Shown: piece after piece, positions 1-15,700 of the stretch | Numbering within the stretch: the stretch's first letter is position 1 | How the letters are laid out: each line of letters begins with the position of its first letter | Assembly: GCA_905178155.1 (NCBI GenBank) | Contig: CAJINV010000011.1 | Coordinates: forward strand, 1,139,982-1,203,981 | DNA length: 64,000 bases | Direction: 5' to 3' | DNA from: Amoebophrya sp. A120 | Taxonomy: Eukaryota; Protista; Dinoflagellata | Notes under the pieces: model-generated | What the model was told of the DNA's origin: nothing | The model's input: the letters and a program-made list of their open reading frames with translations, nothing else | Database searches by the model: none | Made by a program: the position numbers and the translations under genes

Positions 1-707
1 CATTTCACGAGATCGAGATTTCTATCTGTCGTTCCACCCACCTTACCAGCCTGAAAATCATCATAACATTCTGTCCCAGAACCTGGACACCCCGAGTTTG
101 AACTGCTACAACCTCGATATAATCGAATGCAGTAGCTCACCACCCAATTATGCCCGTATATCTTTTCCCCTACAACAACAACGACGGTATCCCCGCGGCT
201 GCAAAGATACTACATAACACAGGAAGACTTTTCCTCGTCCCCGCCCGACTTATATATTGTTTTCGACCCAAGAAGATCAAGATCGTGTGAGGTGCGCGGC
301 CACTGTTAGTTCAGGGTCCGTTTCGGCCATAACATTGTTCGCGGCCGTCCGTCGTGTTCACAGCAGTTCCTAAGGCTCCCACACGCTGTTTTTGCAAGTT
401 TTTGTGTCTCACCGATTTTGTTTCCGCTATTCTTTTAGAGTTGGATTTGGTGTTGATCATTTTATTTTATTTTTTTTCAATTTTTCGCTTTCGCCTTCGC
501 GGGGCGACATGGGTGAGAGGGTGAGATACTTTTTTTTCTCGAGAAGCATGAGATGCCGAGCCCGAGAGTGAGTGAGAGAGTAATTCGCGTAGACCGGCGA
601 CCTGAAAATCCATTATATGGAGGAACATTTTTATTTCCATTGTCCTTCGTTGAGACACGCCGTGAAAGTCGCGCGAGGACCGACGTCGCTACACGTCGTA
701 TTGCAAA

Positions 708-3700
708 ATGGCGACCCGCACGAGTGTCCCCATGCAGATGCAGCACCAGGGTAGTGCTACTACCTCTACCAGCGGGGGCAGTGCCAGCTTTACCGCCCGA
801 AAAACCGGCGTACTTGACACGTTGAAGAAGCTGCATGAGAAAATTGAAGCAAATTCCTACGCGGACAATCTGACCGACAATGAGGACCCTCGCTTCGCGG
901 GTTGTACCAGTGCTTTCGACCGGTTTAACGCCAATGTGGAGCGAAATTTGGAAGATCACCAGCTGGACGATAAGATCCACAATTTTCTCCAGCAAAGCCA
1001 GTCGGAGCACGAAAAAATGTTGTGGCAAATGTCGATCGGGTCCCAGCGCATGGGCTTTTTTCGCCGCAAATCGGTCAAGCAGGCAGCCGCGCGGGAAATG
1101 CTGGAGTACGGTGGCGGTGCTGGGGTGGTCGGGGATCATGCGTCTTCCGGAGCTGCTGGTGGTGTACTAGACCAGCACAGTGGACCAGAAGGCAACAGTG
1201 CCAGCAAGCGACAATCCACTGGTGCGAGTGGTCACCAGCACCAGAACCAGAACCATAATTCCGTTCACGGTCATCAACATGGTCGCCAGGGCAATAGTTG
1301 TTCTGGGCCAGGAAATCAAAATTATACCGGCCAAAGTGGTGCTGACCATCACAGCCAACATACAGGAGGTGGCGGGAGTAGCAGCACGGGAAGTTACACG
1401 TGCACTTCCATCGCGGAGGAGGGGGCAGCGGGCGGGGCAAAGAAGGCAAGAGCGACAAATACAGCTAGCGGCGGCAGCCGGGGTGGAACGACTGGGACGA
1501 CCCAGTCCACCTTGATGAAGAGTTGTGGTGCTCCGGGATCGTCCACCTCGAATAACTATGGTGGCACAGCAACTTGCGCAGGAGGGCCAGGAGGCGGAGG
1601 CACAGCGTCTTCTGGCCCCTCCCGGCACGATCGTTACGCGTGGTGGCCCGTGAAAAAAGCCTGTCAAGAGCTGATCACCGGCTGCTTTCTGCCGGCCTGG
1701 GCGCCGAACGTTTTCGAACCGAAGAACGAAAGCGTAGTACAAGCTAGTTCCGCTTCCTCGTCGCCGATAGTGAGTGCCGAGATGCAGAGCCTTGTTGATC
1801 CGCTGCAGCGGCGCCCGTCGACGGTGCGGCAGCGGCTGAACTCTTCCTCGAACGTGCTGAATGCATCGGGCGGATCGACAACGCTTGCAACGCTGCAGCA
1901 ACAGTACCTGTCGAATGCGAAAGACAACAACCTCGTGGGAAACGTTTTGCTTTTCAATAACAACAGGAATAAAGCAGGCACGAGCATGGTCGGAGGAACT
2001 AGTTCTACAAATTTTTTCACTGCTGGAAACACAGCTGGAACATCAACGGCGGCTACTGGCGCTACTGGTGCCCCCGCAGCAGCTGCCTCTTCTTCGGCTG
2101 GAGCACTGCATCAGGTGGTCGAGGTTTTCGGCAGTGGAGGTTCTTATTCACACGATGGTGCCGCGAACCTGAATTTCATGATGAAAGGACCACTGCAGAA
2201 CGATGCTGAAGATGAAGACCAGGATCTTCACGATTTCTCCAACAACCGGCCCGAGGCGTTTCTATCGTCGTGGACCAGATCCCAGGTCGAGACTGTCCTA
2301 GACCACGCGGGGTTCGACATCGCCGCCTTCTCCGCTGCTGCGCTCGCTCGCGGACCACCCGGACAACTGCTTGGGAAAAGCGACAGCTTGACGTCTCTGT
2401 CGAGTGATCCCAGCGCCTGCAACTCGCCACGGTACTTGGCCATCCCGGCTAATGTGCGCGGTGGGGGAAGTAGTAGTAAAATGTTCAAAAACGGGGGTGC
2501 AGCTTCTGCAGTGGGTGCAGCTTCTTCCTCGTCCCCTTTGAACAGACAGTTGTCGCCTACGAATGGTTCCGCCGGCGGTGCAAGTCCGTTTGCTTCTCCA
2601 ACGAACGGTAATGGTAAAGGTCAAAATCAAGCAGCAACTGCCTCCAACCCACCTGTTGCCTCCGCACCTCCAGTGCTTTCGAAAACGATCTCGGATCTGT
2701 GCTTGGAACTTGCTCTCGGGGAGACGGTTTTCTGCAAGACTAGCTTGAAGGAACAGCTCATGTTGGAGCGCGTGGTGGCGAAAACGGGTTTGGCGAAGAG
2801 GCAATCGTGTAAAAGTATTGGGGAAATACTAAACGCTGCAGCGGAGAGGAAAAACGAAATGGAACAAGAAATACACCGGGACAGAATTTTTTCATCTGCT
2901 GGTGGGAACACACTAGCTGTTGGAGACGAGGATGAAAAAGCTTCCGCTTCGGCTGGTGACAAAAAAGAGAAAAGCGAAGGAGCCGTTTTAGCTGCGAACA
3001 TGAATAAGGACGACCATGTTGAGCTGCAGTCCAGCTCCGCGCTTCTTGCGTTTGGGAAGCAGAAATCGGACGGTGTTGCGCTCTTGCGCAAGCGGGAACT
3101 TGAATTGGACTTGGAAGATGAGCAGAACTTTTCCGTCAATAAAGCCGCCGGGGACAGCACAGCTACAGGCGGTCATGACGCACAACAAACCTCCCCGAGG
3201 CAGCAGAAACTGAAAAAGATGAAGACGGAAACTTTTGCAGTGCAGCACAAGGCAGCTCGGAATAAAGAGAAGGCTGAACAAGTTGTGGGAGACGATGGCT
3301 CGCACCAGTACGGCCCGGGAGCGGATGGGGCAAAGGGTGCGTCGACCTGCTTTCGGGTAAATTCTCTGGCCAGACACGTCGAGGTTGTGTTTGTTCGGGT
3401 TGTGCGCACCAGGAAAACAAGTGACCGGACGTGTTCATCGGAGCTCAGTAGAAATGCATTGCCCGCTGCCGCTGAGGAACTGCAAGGAGCGACCCCCGAT
3501 CAAGAAGTGACCGAGTTGTCCTCCGCCGCTCCCGCGTATAATCGAGAAGTGCTTTTGATTACCAAGAAGCATAAGCAACCATCCACAGAAGGAATTGGGA
3601 CCACGGGCGCGAATAAACACGGGCAACAACATCGCGGGTCCGTCTCATCTTCCGGCGCGCTGCTGCTCTCCCCTCGGGGTAGCATTTTAGGCTTAGGTTC

Positions 3701-6700
3701 TTCATCGTCCAGCGCAGCTCACAAAACATCTTCTAATTCGGCTTTGTCCACGACAGATACGCGAGTTCGCTTGCCGGGAGGGCGGCGCCGACCGACCGAA
3801 ACGTGGTCGCAAACCGCAGCCAGGGTGTTGCGAGAGCATTTGATGATCACGAATAACTACAGCAGCCGGCTTCTAGTAGGACAGAACGGCACGACAACGG
3901 CTCCAGGTACAGCAGTGTCAGCACCAGACCAGCAGGAGGAATTACATCAGGACCATTTTATCGACCAACTCTGTAGACAGCATCTTCGCGAGGTCAGTGA
4001 CTTTGTTCACGCGGTGGTAAGTTCCGAGAGCTACCCCACATTGCCTACCGTGTACCACGGGCGGGTGTTTGAATTTGATTTGGATGCGTTTCTAGATCAG
4101 GATGTTGAACAAGAGCAGCAGGGTGGAAGTTCTTCTAGTACAAAGCGAAAGCTCCTCGAATTGCAGCGGCATTTCTTTCACCGCGAGCCGGCGGGGAAAA
4201 CGCAGAAGTTGACCCGGAGATTGTGCTCGAAACCGGGCAAGGAGGAAATAATTTCTTTCCAGTGGACACTTGTGGAGGATGTCGTTTCTGCCGGCGGGCT
4301 TTCCGAAGATCCAGACCTGCGAAGTAGCCTGCTGGTTGCGGACTACACGGAGATCATGGGTTCACCTGGCGGAGTTGCTCCAATCCACAATGGCACTGTG
4401 ATGAATGTGAATCCACCGGCGCTCATTATGGGAACCACGCTAGGCGGGTCATCCTCAAATCGACAGTCCATTGCGGTATCGTCATCGGGCTCTTTTCCGG
4501 GTGGTTTAGCTAGCAGTTCCAGTGCAGGAGCATCAGCTGCTCTTGCTGGTGAACACCAGCATCTCGCCGTGCAGAAAAGCGCAACGACGTCAAGCGGAAC
4601 AACTACAAGCGCACATAACAAACCCCCGCGGCCGTCGGCACGCCGTATGCTCCCCACCACGATGTCGACCAGCAGCAGGAGCAAAACTGCCCTCACACTG
4701 CACCGCGTGAATAACAAAAACGTGATTTACCCGAACGCCTGGGACAGCGATATTTTACGGGATTTTCTCTTCGAGTGCGGTGTGGAGGATGTGCAGCTAA
4801 ATTACACCGACCGCATGCTCGAGGACCTGGCTGGCGGGCTGCGTAGTGAAGCGTTTGCGTTTAAAGTGGAGGAGCAAATGCAGCAGAGGATTGTGCTTTC
4901 TTGTTCCTTCAATCTAGCTTTAATCTCCGCGAACATGGTGGACAGAAATCAAATCAACAACTCAGATTCTCAAAATAGTGGGGGTGGTCAGAAGCACGAG
5001 CACCATCGCGGTGGAGGGCATCATCACAGAGGGGGACATCATCATCGGGCAGCACATCATGGAACAGGCAGTTCAGGAGGAGCACCAACTTCCGCCAGCC
5101 GACATCAAGATCTTTTGCACCAAAATCTCATGCTCGCAAGTTCGTCGGGAGGGTCCGGCAGCGAATCGCAGACTGCGCGGGAGGGTGGTAGAGGGCGTAC
5201 GAGCAATTTGCAGCGCTCTTCCATTTCAAATTCATCTCACGGGGTCTCGCACAGCAGCCGTGAAGGAGGCGCTGGAGGTGGATCATCATCGTCTTCGCGC
5301 GGAGCCGCGGCAACTACCAGCACACCTGCGGCACAAAAGTACATCTTGGTTGACACTTGGCAGAGGCAGCTCCCGGCGTGGCCGAAAGCAATTATTTCCG
5401 AAATGTATAGCACAACTACAAGCACCTCCACGACTGAGCCAGGTGAGATGGTAAAAGCCGCGGTGTTTGAAGAAATCTCGTTGCCGGTGAAGGAGGTGAA
5501 GGACAATTTTTTGCAGTTCGCCTTCACAATGGACAACACGAGCAGTTTCCACAATTCCAGCAATTCCGACTCGGAAACGAATCAGCCGGTCATGTCCCCG
5601 ACCGAAGATGAGTACTCTTCGGATTGCGCGAATTTTTCAATAAACAGTACGGCCGTCTTGTCGAAGAAGCAACAGAAGCGGCACGAGAAGGAGCGGCACC
5701 ACTTCCCCGGATTGGTGGTTTGCTACAAATTTGACGTGTTCGAGTGCGTATTGTCCAAAAGCCAGCTGAAGGAATCGTTGCTGTTGCAAGAGCAGGGCGT
5801 GCTGGCAGGTGCTGGTTGTGGCGCAACGAGAAAGGGATCTGTGCTTGGTGGTGGAGCTGCTTCTGGCGGGGGTAGTGTTGGGCAGCAGATGGTATCGTCG
5901 ATCAGCAGTACTACTGGAAAAACCGCGTCAAAAACTTCCCGCCCGTCCTCCTCCAGGAGGAGTATCAGCGCTGGCAGTGGCGCGACATCCAGGCAGAGAA
6001 GCAACAGCTCAGAGAAAGACGCGAGCGGTGGTGGTAGATCAGCATCAAGAAAAAAGAACAACGATTTGCAGGGCGACGACAGTCAGGACGCCGCCCCAGG
6101 CGTTCTTGCGGTAGGGAAGACATTGTCCTCTGCGTCTGGTGCTGGTCGTGCCGCCAATACTAAAGGACCGCCTTCTTCATCAGCCGCTAGAGGCAAAAAA
6201 ACAGGAGCTGCAGCTGCTCAAAACATCATCAAGCGTAGCTACCTAGATGACTACATGGAGCAGCACACACCCACAGGAGGAGGGGCGACAAGCACAAACA
6301 AAACCAGCAGTCCCAAGCAGAGTTCCACCAAACTGTCCAGCCCTCACACAACGACCGGGAGCAAAACTGACGCTGACGCCGCTGACCGAAGCCGCTCCCG
6401 ACTGCGGGCGCGCCACCGCCGGCAGAGCGCGTCCGACATGACAGGGGACGCGCTGATGAGCGGTCAATTTTTTCAGCACCTGGTGGAAGACGTGTTGAAA
6501 AAACAACTGATTTTCGAAGGTCTCCCCCTCGCGTTTCTCTCCTCGGTGGCGCAGTGCGTGGCCAAGGAACTGCTAGACGCGCCAAACGCCATTTTGATTG
6601 CCGAAAACACCCGGGCCGGCGGGGCCGGAGCTTTCAACCGAGCGGGCGGTGGTGCGGGAATTGTACAGGAAGGTGCAGGAACCGGTGACCAGAATCGAGA

Positions 6701-9700
6701 TAACATTTCTCCGCGCACTGGTGGAGCACAAGTACAACAGGACTATCAGAATCAGCAGCGCGGGAACTTGTACACAGCAGCAGCACCAGCAGCTTCTCCT
6801 GGGGACCAAATCATTTCAAAAAAGTGCTCTGGCGGTGCTTCCGAGCAGTTTCTTTACCTCATCGAGCGAGGCGTCGTGGAAGTTTCCCTGAAAGGCCACG
6901 TTCTCAAACTCTGCGGCCCCGGAAAGTCGCTCGGGGGGCAGCTGGCACTCGGCTTCGTGACGCACAGCCACCTGTTCACGTACCGTGCGAAAACGAGGGA
7001 CGTGCGGCTTTGGAAGCTCAGTCGTCAGCAGTTCGACGCGATTGGCACTCCGCAACAGCGAGACTTGGTGCGCCGGAATTTCCTAGCCGAACTCAAGTCG
7101 TACCGGTGGGGACTCAACGCTGGGGCGGCGGCCACGGTCGCAGCCAATAGTAACGCGCATCAATTTAACCTTCCAACAGGTGCGGGCGCATTTCTACGAC
7201 ACCGTGGTGGGGGTGGAACAGCGAAGAGTTCCGGCGCGACTGCATATAATTCCTCTCCGAACAAGATCCATGCTAGCAGTTCCGCTTCCAACCTGGGTTT
7301 GGACAGCGCAGTACCAGCTGCGTACAAGTCCTTTTTTATGCTGAATCAACAAAACACAAATATCGGCGTTTCTGGCAATCCGCAGCTTCCGTCGACGCCG
7401 CGACGGCAGGCCATTCAGCCCACAATGCTGCAGCAAAATTCAGAAAACGTACTAGCGGGACTGAACGTCAACTCGGGAGGTGGAATGATGTCATCATCTC
7501 CAATGATAGCCAGTCCCTTAGCCAAATCGCGCTGGAAAAAAATCTCTTCCGCCATCCAATTCGTCGAACAAGCTAGGAACAGTTCCTACTTGCATCTGGA
7601 AGCACCAGGAGCAGCAGGACCAGCAAACGGGGCGTCGATGAATTCCCCTACCAAACGCAAACCGAGCAACTCTTCTACCGCAGCAGACTCTTTCTCGTCG
7701 AGAGACTCTTTCCCGAAGCCTATTCTAGGGAACCCCAATCTGAAGATCTTGAACGAGGGCAGCGACGGTCGGTTTTTGCTTTCCTGTTTGTCCAAATTGC
7801 GGTTGGTTTTGCTGAAAAAGGACGAAGTGTTAATCACGGAACATGTTGGCCAACATCAGTTCAGAGGAAATCGGCCGTGGACGAAAACTACAAGCAGGAC
7901 GAATAAAAATCCTAGAACGTCCTCAACATCTGCATCTTCGCACTTTTCCTTGGGCATAGTTGTATCGAAGCAACCGACTAGTACTTCGCACATCAACAAC
8001 TTCCGCCCGTCATCAACAAATATCGGCGTAGGCAGCGTGTCCCTCGGTGCTGCTCCTTTGTTCGGAACAAATCATGGGGCAGCTAGAGGACCTAGCGCTC
8101 CTTCCTCCTCGTCCTTTACACCGCCAGCAACAACAGCCCAGATCATCATGCAGCGGAAGCGGCTCTACTTTGTGTACAGCGGGTCTTGCGGGATCTACGT
8201 CGGCGACAACCTGATCGACACGGTTCAGGATGGGGGTTGCATCGGGGAGTTTGTCCTCTGCGGGATCCAAAAGGAGTACGAGTACACGGTTGTTGCGCGG
8301 ACGGACTGCATTTTGTTTGCTTTGTCGCGCGAAGATTACCAGCAGCTGTTGAAGCGTTTTCCCTTGGCCAGAACCTTCTACGCGCAGCACATCGAGTCGT
8401 TAGAAACCGCACGGCGCGACTTCGTGCAGACCTTGAAGCGGCGGCCGCCGTTCCATTCTTGCAGCTACGAATTTTTGCAAGAGTTATCCTTCTTATCCGA
8501 ACGGATCGACTTCTCCCTGCAGAGCCCGCAGCCACTGACGGTGATCCCCCTGCCATTTCTTCGCAGAGGGGCGGTAATCAGTGCGGAAAGCGAATTCGAG
8601 AAAGGAAATAGTAATTCGTCTGCTGTTGGATCTAGCAATATCGCCGCGGCTCACTTTGCTGCAGCTGCAAGTAGTCCACCCGGGATGGGCAGCAATTTCG
8701 CAAGTGCTGCAAACGGCTACGGTAAGCCACTCTCTCCCCGTTCCAACACGTTCTTGCAGATCAATACTCTACTACAGCAAAGCGGTGGTCAAAAGTCCCC
8801 AACTGGGACCTTGCTCTCCACCGCGAGTACTCCGAAGTCCAGCGCGACGCTCAGCATTTTAACGACAAACAACCAAGTTGGACACCCGGGCAGTAAGTCC
8901 ACCAGAACCCCGAGTGGGAATTTCGTCAAAGGCGTCACTTTTTCGCAGTCGAGCAGCGGGTTACTGAGTAGCGCGTCCCCTTTACCTTCGCCACGGGGGA
9001 AAAAGAACGCCTCTTCCTGGTTGGAAGAGTCGTTTCAATACGATGAGGCGGAACTATATGGAACTGTCAGGATCGAAATCGTCAAAGTTGAAATGGTTTG
9101 CCATGCATAAAATGCATGACGCGAAGTACGTGCGTTGCAGAGCAGGCAAGTGAGGCCGATTGTAAACCTGTTTGGGTCAGAGCTCGAGCTGCTAAAGTAG
9201 CATGAGAGAGTCAGTCTTCTTTGCCTAAGCAGCATTACAAACTGGATTTAAGCACCGCCAAAATTTGTCATGCGCCACTTGGGAAATGGGTTCCAAGTCC
9301 AACTGGCATTCATTTTATGCATGACAAATCATTTCAACTTTGACGATTTCGATCCTGACATTTCCATAAACTAGCTGGTGTGAAGGAGGAATCCAGGTAT
9401 GCAAAATTGGTAAAGGCGAACGACGAAAACACCAAGTTGCTGCACTGCGCCGCCATGATCACGCACCCCCTGCAGCCGTGTGCCACGATCCACGCGGCCA
9501 AGTACTTTCAGAAGCAGGACCCGGGGGGCGGCTTTCTGGATCCGATGAACAGGTACAGAAAATGGGTTTAAAAACTTAGTTCTCCATCATCTACCGCAGC
9601 AGCCTATTTCATAACAGCGAGTTTGAGCCAGAGCCTGGTCGAATAATAATGGCGCAGATGCGGATCATTTCCCTCTTTATTCATTTTCATCCGATTCCAT

Positions 9701-12700
9701 GCAATAATAAGCGCAAAAACCCTCGAAAAACATGACGCATGTTGATCAACTTACTTCTACACCGCAGGCCCGGCGAGCTCGCTTTGCGTTTTCCCCAAAA
9801 CTTAATGGTGAAGCTTCTGCACGGCGGTTCTGGCCTGTTCGAGGACCTGGCCTACGAGCAATTGTTCTTTGAAAGGCTCAGCCTGGGAGCCGTCGACAAC
9901 CACGGGTTGCTGGTACCCACTACGAAAACGAATGCAGGAGCGCTGATGATGAACAAGGTCGGAGCAGGAGCAGCAAATTCTGCGTCTACTGTTCCTGGTG
10001 CAACTGCCACCAGTTCTTCCGTAGCTGCCAGACTGGTCAAGGGCGGCCACCACCAGATCCACGTCGCGCCGCAGGATATTTTTCTCGGGAACAACCATGC
10101 TAATTCTCCTTCAAGAAGTGGAGGCTATTCCTCCAACCCGCACAGCCACCTGCCCTTACAACAGCAAATCATGCTGTACAATCCGAAGGAGCGTGGAATG
10201 TACCCGAGTGGCAGTTTCGGGTACGGGTTGGGGCCACAAGGAACAAACACGAAATCTTCAACCCAGCAAGCGAATGAACTACATAGCGGAGGAGGCTCTA
10301 GTAGTACAACGGGTACCAGATCGATGAATCATCACAAGGAACCCGTCCAGCTCCCCGAGTTGCAGCTTTTGTCGAAGCATTTTCTCCCGCTGCAAAACCG
10401 AGCGTTGTTCTTCGAGCGGGGCGAGATCGAGACCTACGTGTGGGAGCGGAGAAACGCCAATGTGGACGTCTTCGATTCGGCGTTCGGCCTGTCCTACCTC
10501 TTCGGCAACGATATGGAGCGGGCACGGTACACCGTTCTCCGTGGCGCGCCGGCAGGCGGTGTGGTGTCGTCTGTTGGTGCTATGCAAGATACAAATTTTC
10601 ACAACAATAGCAGCACCGCGGAGAACTTTTTTCAGGACGGGTTCTCGCAGGTGAGTGGGTGGGCCGTGCCGAAACACGCCCTGATCCGCTCCTTGCAGCG
10701 GTACCCGGAGATGGGAAATGTCATTGCTGGTCACCTGCAGAGCATGGGGGCGCTGCCAAAATGGCGCGACCAGGCGAGTGCTCAGGAGCTGGCGAAGATA
10801 GCGAGGAAGATAGTAGCTGAAAACGCTGTATCAGCTAGTGACAAAAAAGAAAAAGAAAAACAGCTACTACAAGCCGAGGCTTCGTCACAAGTAGTTCTAC
10901 CCCCAAGCAGCAGAAGCCAGGAGACGAAGGTTTTCGGAGAGAAGAAAAAGGACGGGACAGTACTAGCCACGTCACCGGCAGAAGCCATCGGTGGAGCACG
11001 TGAACCCAGCAAGGGCAAGAAACCCGTACCGCTGCGGGCCCGGGATTTCAAGATTGCACCGCTTCCAGTATTTTTTCAACAAGAGCGCGGCTCTTCTTCG
11101 CCGATAATTTTGGCATCGACTGCGATGCTGGCCACGTCGTCCCCAATTGATGCTACAACCACAGAGCATGGTGTTGACCCCGACCGGGATACCACCTCCA
11201 AAACTGCGGAGCAAGTGTCTTTGTCCGCAGCCTCGTCTATGAAAACGCTCACCTTCCATCCTGATTCCGTCCTGCGATGTTTTTCCAAGTTGGATTGGTT
11301 CAAGCCGGTTTTTGATCTCGCCTTCCCGTTGGCCTCGGTCTACCAGAACTCAGACCAGGTTTTCGAAACTTTCTTGTTGGAGGTCGAAGCCCGGACGGCT
11401 GGCGGGATGTTTTATTCATCTTCACGAGGACATCATGATCCTTCTTCGTCTACTTCGCAACAGTGGTTGAGGGCTTCTTTGCAGTTTCTGTTCGAACATT
11501 TGATAATTTGGGAGGACGACGAGGAAATGGTGATGAGAGGAAACAATACGGCGCACAAGAATGGAGGTGATCAGAGCGACAATTACCAATCCGCAACCGA
11601 CCGCGACGAGATTCTACGTCTGGGGGAACAGTCGGAATCCCAATCGTCGCAGAACAATGGGCGGGCTGGTGGTGGCGTTACAAATAATAGAAGAAAAAAA
11701 CAACCTGGTGACGGCAGTGCCAGTGGTGCAACCAGCCCGAGCAACCACGCAAACGGTAGTCAAGAACCCAAGTCGCCGGTGTCTTCCGGCGGTTCCGGAT
11801 CCGAAAACAACAACGTGCAGCGGTCGAGTTCAGGAACCTCCAGTAGCGGCACCGCTTTAAAAATGCGCGGAAAACCCAAACACCATTTGGTCATCAGCAC
11901 TGCTGCGCCAGACGGTGGTGCTTTATCCGCATCGGAGAATGAGCAAAACAGGCCTGCTAGTAGTTCTAGCTCTTACAAGAACAACCATGCAGCTCATGCA
12001 ACTTCTACAGGTGGTGGCACTAGTAGCTCTGGCGCTTCGAGCAGACGGCCTTCCGCAGCGGTTGGAACAATCCGGAAAGTGCACTCCTGCACACCGAGCC
12101 CCCAGGGGGAGAAGACCAAAGCACTTGCGAATAGACAGAATCAGCAGGAGCACAACAAGCACATCAAAAGTCCACAGCAGCAGAGCGCGACGTGTCTGAG
12201 TGACGTTGACATGATGAGTAGTAGTCAGCGGACGAACGGCACCAAGGCTGCAAAGTCGGACGCGAGTGCGAGCCAGAAGTCCGTCACAAGTTCGTCGAGT
12301 CGGAGTCAAGCCGGGGCAGGTGGACATCACTACGGGAACAATGATATTAATCCGCTGGTTGGCAAAAGCAAAACCGAGGCGTTCACGCAGAAAAACTCCA
12401 GGAACAAAGACCATAAAAGCGCGACGACCACCATCTCGGCAGAAGACACTGAAGATTTGGAGGCCTTGTCCCTCCGAGCTGCGAAGCGCAGAGCGGCACT
12501 CGCGAGAAAGCAGAAAATCCAAGAGATGATAGCCAGCGCCGCGCGTCGCTTCCTCCAGTTTTTGATCGGTGACCGGTCGAATTTGCAGTGGCTTACCGGG
12601 TTCCGGGGGCAAATTTTGTTCCCGTTTGAGGAGCAACTGGAGGGCGAGGTCGTGTTAGTCCTGAAATCCGGAAGCTGCTTCCACGCGACGCAGAATCCGC

Positions 12701-15700
12701 ACCCGTCGTATTTGGCGTCCTTGCACAGCCCAGCGACGTTTGGTGGACACGCCTGCTTTTGGCGGAAGGGAGGCTTTCTTGGAGGCAGTATTTTGGTGCC
12801 GGCGCGGGAACTGTTTGGCGGTGGAACGACGCCTTCTGCAGCAGGCTCTTCTTCAGGTTTTGACGAAATTACTAGAGCGGGTCATTCTGGGACCACGTCC
12901 ACGCGGCAAAACCATCAGTCTGACCAGGGCAACTACAGTGAGGAAGCATCGATCAGTGGAAGCAATGTGGAGGAAGATCTCTCTGGTGCGACCTCCGGCT
13001 CCGACCGGAACAATCGCACCCCAGAGCAGCCCCCCTCGGGGGAGGACAGTCGGTCTAACAGCAGCGCGAATCGACAGAGTGAAAATGGGATGGTGTCGAA
13101 CAAGAAGTCTGTCAACGTGTCATCATCCGGAGCCAGCACAAGCTCGGCAACCGGGGGGGAAGGCCAAGGCGGGGATAAGGATGGAGTGAAGACTAAGACG
13201 TCGTCGAACAAGCAGGCCAGCACAACTACGTCCTCGCCAGGAAATAATAAAGCAGCATCTTCGACGTCGAATAATTCTGCTGCGAAAATAAACAAGCAGA
13301 AGCGAAAGGCAAGACGGCGTGCGAGGCAGAGTCGTGCGCAAAATAAGTCGAAAGACCCATTTTTTGCTGTGAACAACCTTTCGCTCTTCCCGCCCCGGAC
13401 GTTGCTGCGCTGCGAATCTCTGACCTGTGTGTACGCATTTCTGCGGAAAACGGACATCGTCGCCGCGATTCTATGCAGCGGGTGTTTTCTGGAGGAGGAG
13501 GAAGAACTGTGGATCAAAAAAGAGCAAGAGGAAGAGGCGAAAAGAAGAGAACAGGAGCAAGCTCAAGCTGCCGTGGCTCTTGGAAGAAAGAACGCTGAAA
13601 AGGATGCTGACGATAGTACAGGAGATCCAATTCATTCACCATCATCTTCATCAACCGCAGCTGTCGTAGGCAATTCTGCCTCTGCAACGCTTGGTGAACA
13701 ACATCTGCACCCGTCTGCTCTCCAAAGGAACAAATCGTCCAACAATGGCGAGAGCACAGGGGAAGACGTTTCCGACCCGGACCGGGGGTCGTTGCTGATG
13801 ATGCCCAACAAGTCCGTGTCCGCGCCCCAAGCGATGCAAACGTCCGCGTTGAAATTTTCCAGTTCTGGCGACGAGGAGTCCAGCGGCAGTCGGGGCGGCA
13901 ACAAACAACGCAACGTGAATTTGCAGGTCCCGATGAACAACAGCAAATCCTCGAGGCGAAAAAATAGTCGCAGTCCATCCAAATCCGCGTCCGGGGGGGA
14001 GACGAGTGACAGCGCGGTGGAAAAAGCGGCGTCGTCAGCCTCCGATCCGATGATATTGAGGAAACCACCCACGTCGTATCCTGGAAGTTGCGCGGGTTCT
14101 GACAGAGAAGGGGATTGTTGTAACAGCGACGCCAGTTCAAGCAGACTAGAAGCAAGTGCGGAGGTAGATCTTCAGAATGACGAGCAGCAGCGGTCAGGAC
14201 AGCAATCAGCAGCTCCGCCACTCTTAACACCGGAGTCGGTCCAGAGACAAATTGTTGGTTTTCTGCTCGTTTCCCTCTTTCACGAAAGCGTGATCTTGGA
14301 AATGACGGGGGAAGCGTCTCTTCACGACGCAGCGGCGCGTCTGTGTAAGATCTGTCGTGGCGGGGACGAGCATATTGACGGGAAGGATCACCACGGAAGG
14401 AACCTATTGAACGGTAAGAACAAGCTGCACGACCAAAACGCCTGCACTCCCGATGCAGCTGTACAGAAGATGGGGAGTATTTCCGAGGACGAGCTTGGTC
14501 TGACTTTGACGAGCCAGTCGAACTTGTGTTTTACCTCTTCCGAAGTGGAGGACAACGCCACCGGGCGTGGACATCATGTTGAACAAGCACCTTCAGCACC
14601 GCCAGATACCGTCTCCGCGGCTTCCAGTCGGGCTGTGTCGGGGGAGCAGACACAGAGCAGCGACATGGACGCAGTAAAGAACACCAAGAATAAACCGCTT
14701 CAGAATCAGCAGCAGCTTGGTCAACACGGTCAAGAGCAGGAAGTAGATCACCCGGAAGAAGATCCACTTACGCTGGCAGCGCGCCGGTTGAAGAAGACCC
14801 GGCGGGGGATCGAGATCTTTCTGTACCAAAAAGCGGTGCAAGAAGAGGAAAAAGCGCTAGCACAGCAACTCCTAGTCAACAATACCGATACAAGTACTAC
14901 TGTAGTACCAACAGCTTCTGCTACACCAACGACAGCTGCTTCTTCAGCAGTTTCTTCGGCCCCCTCGGCGACAGCAGATTTGAATACAAGCTCCAGCAGT
15001 CGTGACAGTCACACACACGGTTTTCTGACGAAGCAGATTCTCTTCACTTTGCTCACTTCGCTCCGCCGGTTGAGCGACTACAGAGTCACGGACGGCTTTT
15101 TGCGATTTTTGATCGAGAATTACGTCATGTATCAGGTGCATCAGCCGGACACCACCGTGGTACACGAGCACCGAAACATCCTCGCGAGCCCGCCCTGCGT
15201 CCGGATTCTGCTGGAGGGGCTGCCCTTGCAAAAATCACAGGACAAGGGGGTGATTGGCCTCATCTCGCAACCGGGGGAGTGGTTTGGCGAAATGGTCGGG
15301 GGGCTTTTCCGACCCTGCTTTAGTACAACTTCTTGTGCGGCGGGGGGTAGTGGAGGAGGTGCAGCTTCTGGGATGATGAATCACAACTTCTACCATCACG
15401 GACCGATTTCCGAGCAGCAACTCTACACTCTGCCTGGACAATCGGGTACTAGTTCGTTTCTCACTTCCTCAGAGCAGGGGGTATCAGTAAAGTGCTCGTC
15501 GAAAACGCTACTAGCGGTGCTGTACCACAGTTCAGTTGCGGAAGCCGCAGCGAAGTTCCACTCGTCAGACCTTTTGCTGAGAAACGCATGGCTGCTGGAG
15601 CACAACATGTTGGGTAACATGAGCATGGGGCACACACAAACGGAGCTGCAGGCCGGCGGGAACAAAGCGAAGGTACTTTATTTACAATTACAGGAGTTGT

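Noticed and set aside
1-300. Possible 3' end of an upstream gene
   Set aside because: Only short open frames with no motif; it cannot be supported.
9057-9110. ORF-track C-termini such as YGTVRIEIVKVEMVCHA, and those ending at 33648, 38684, 46163 and 59788
   Set aside because: These are read-through into TIR introns, not true protein ends.
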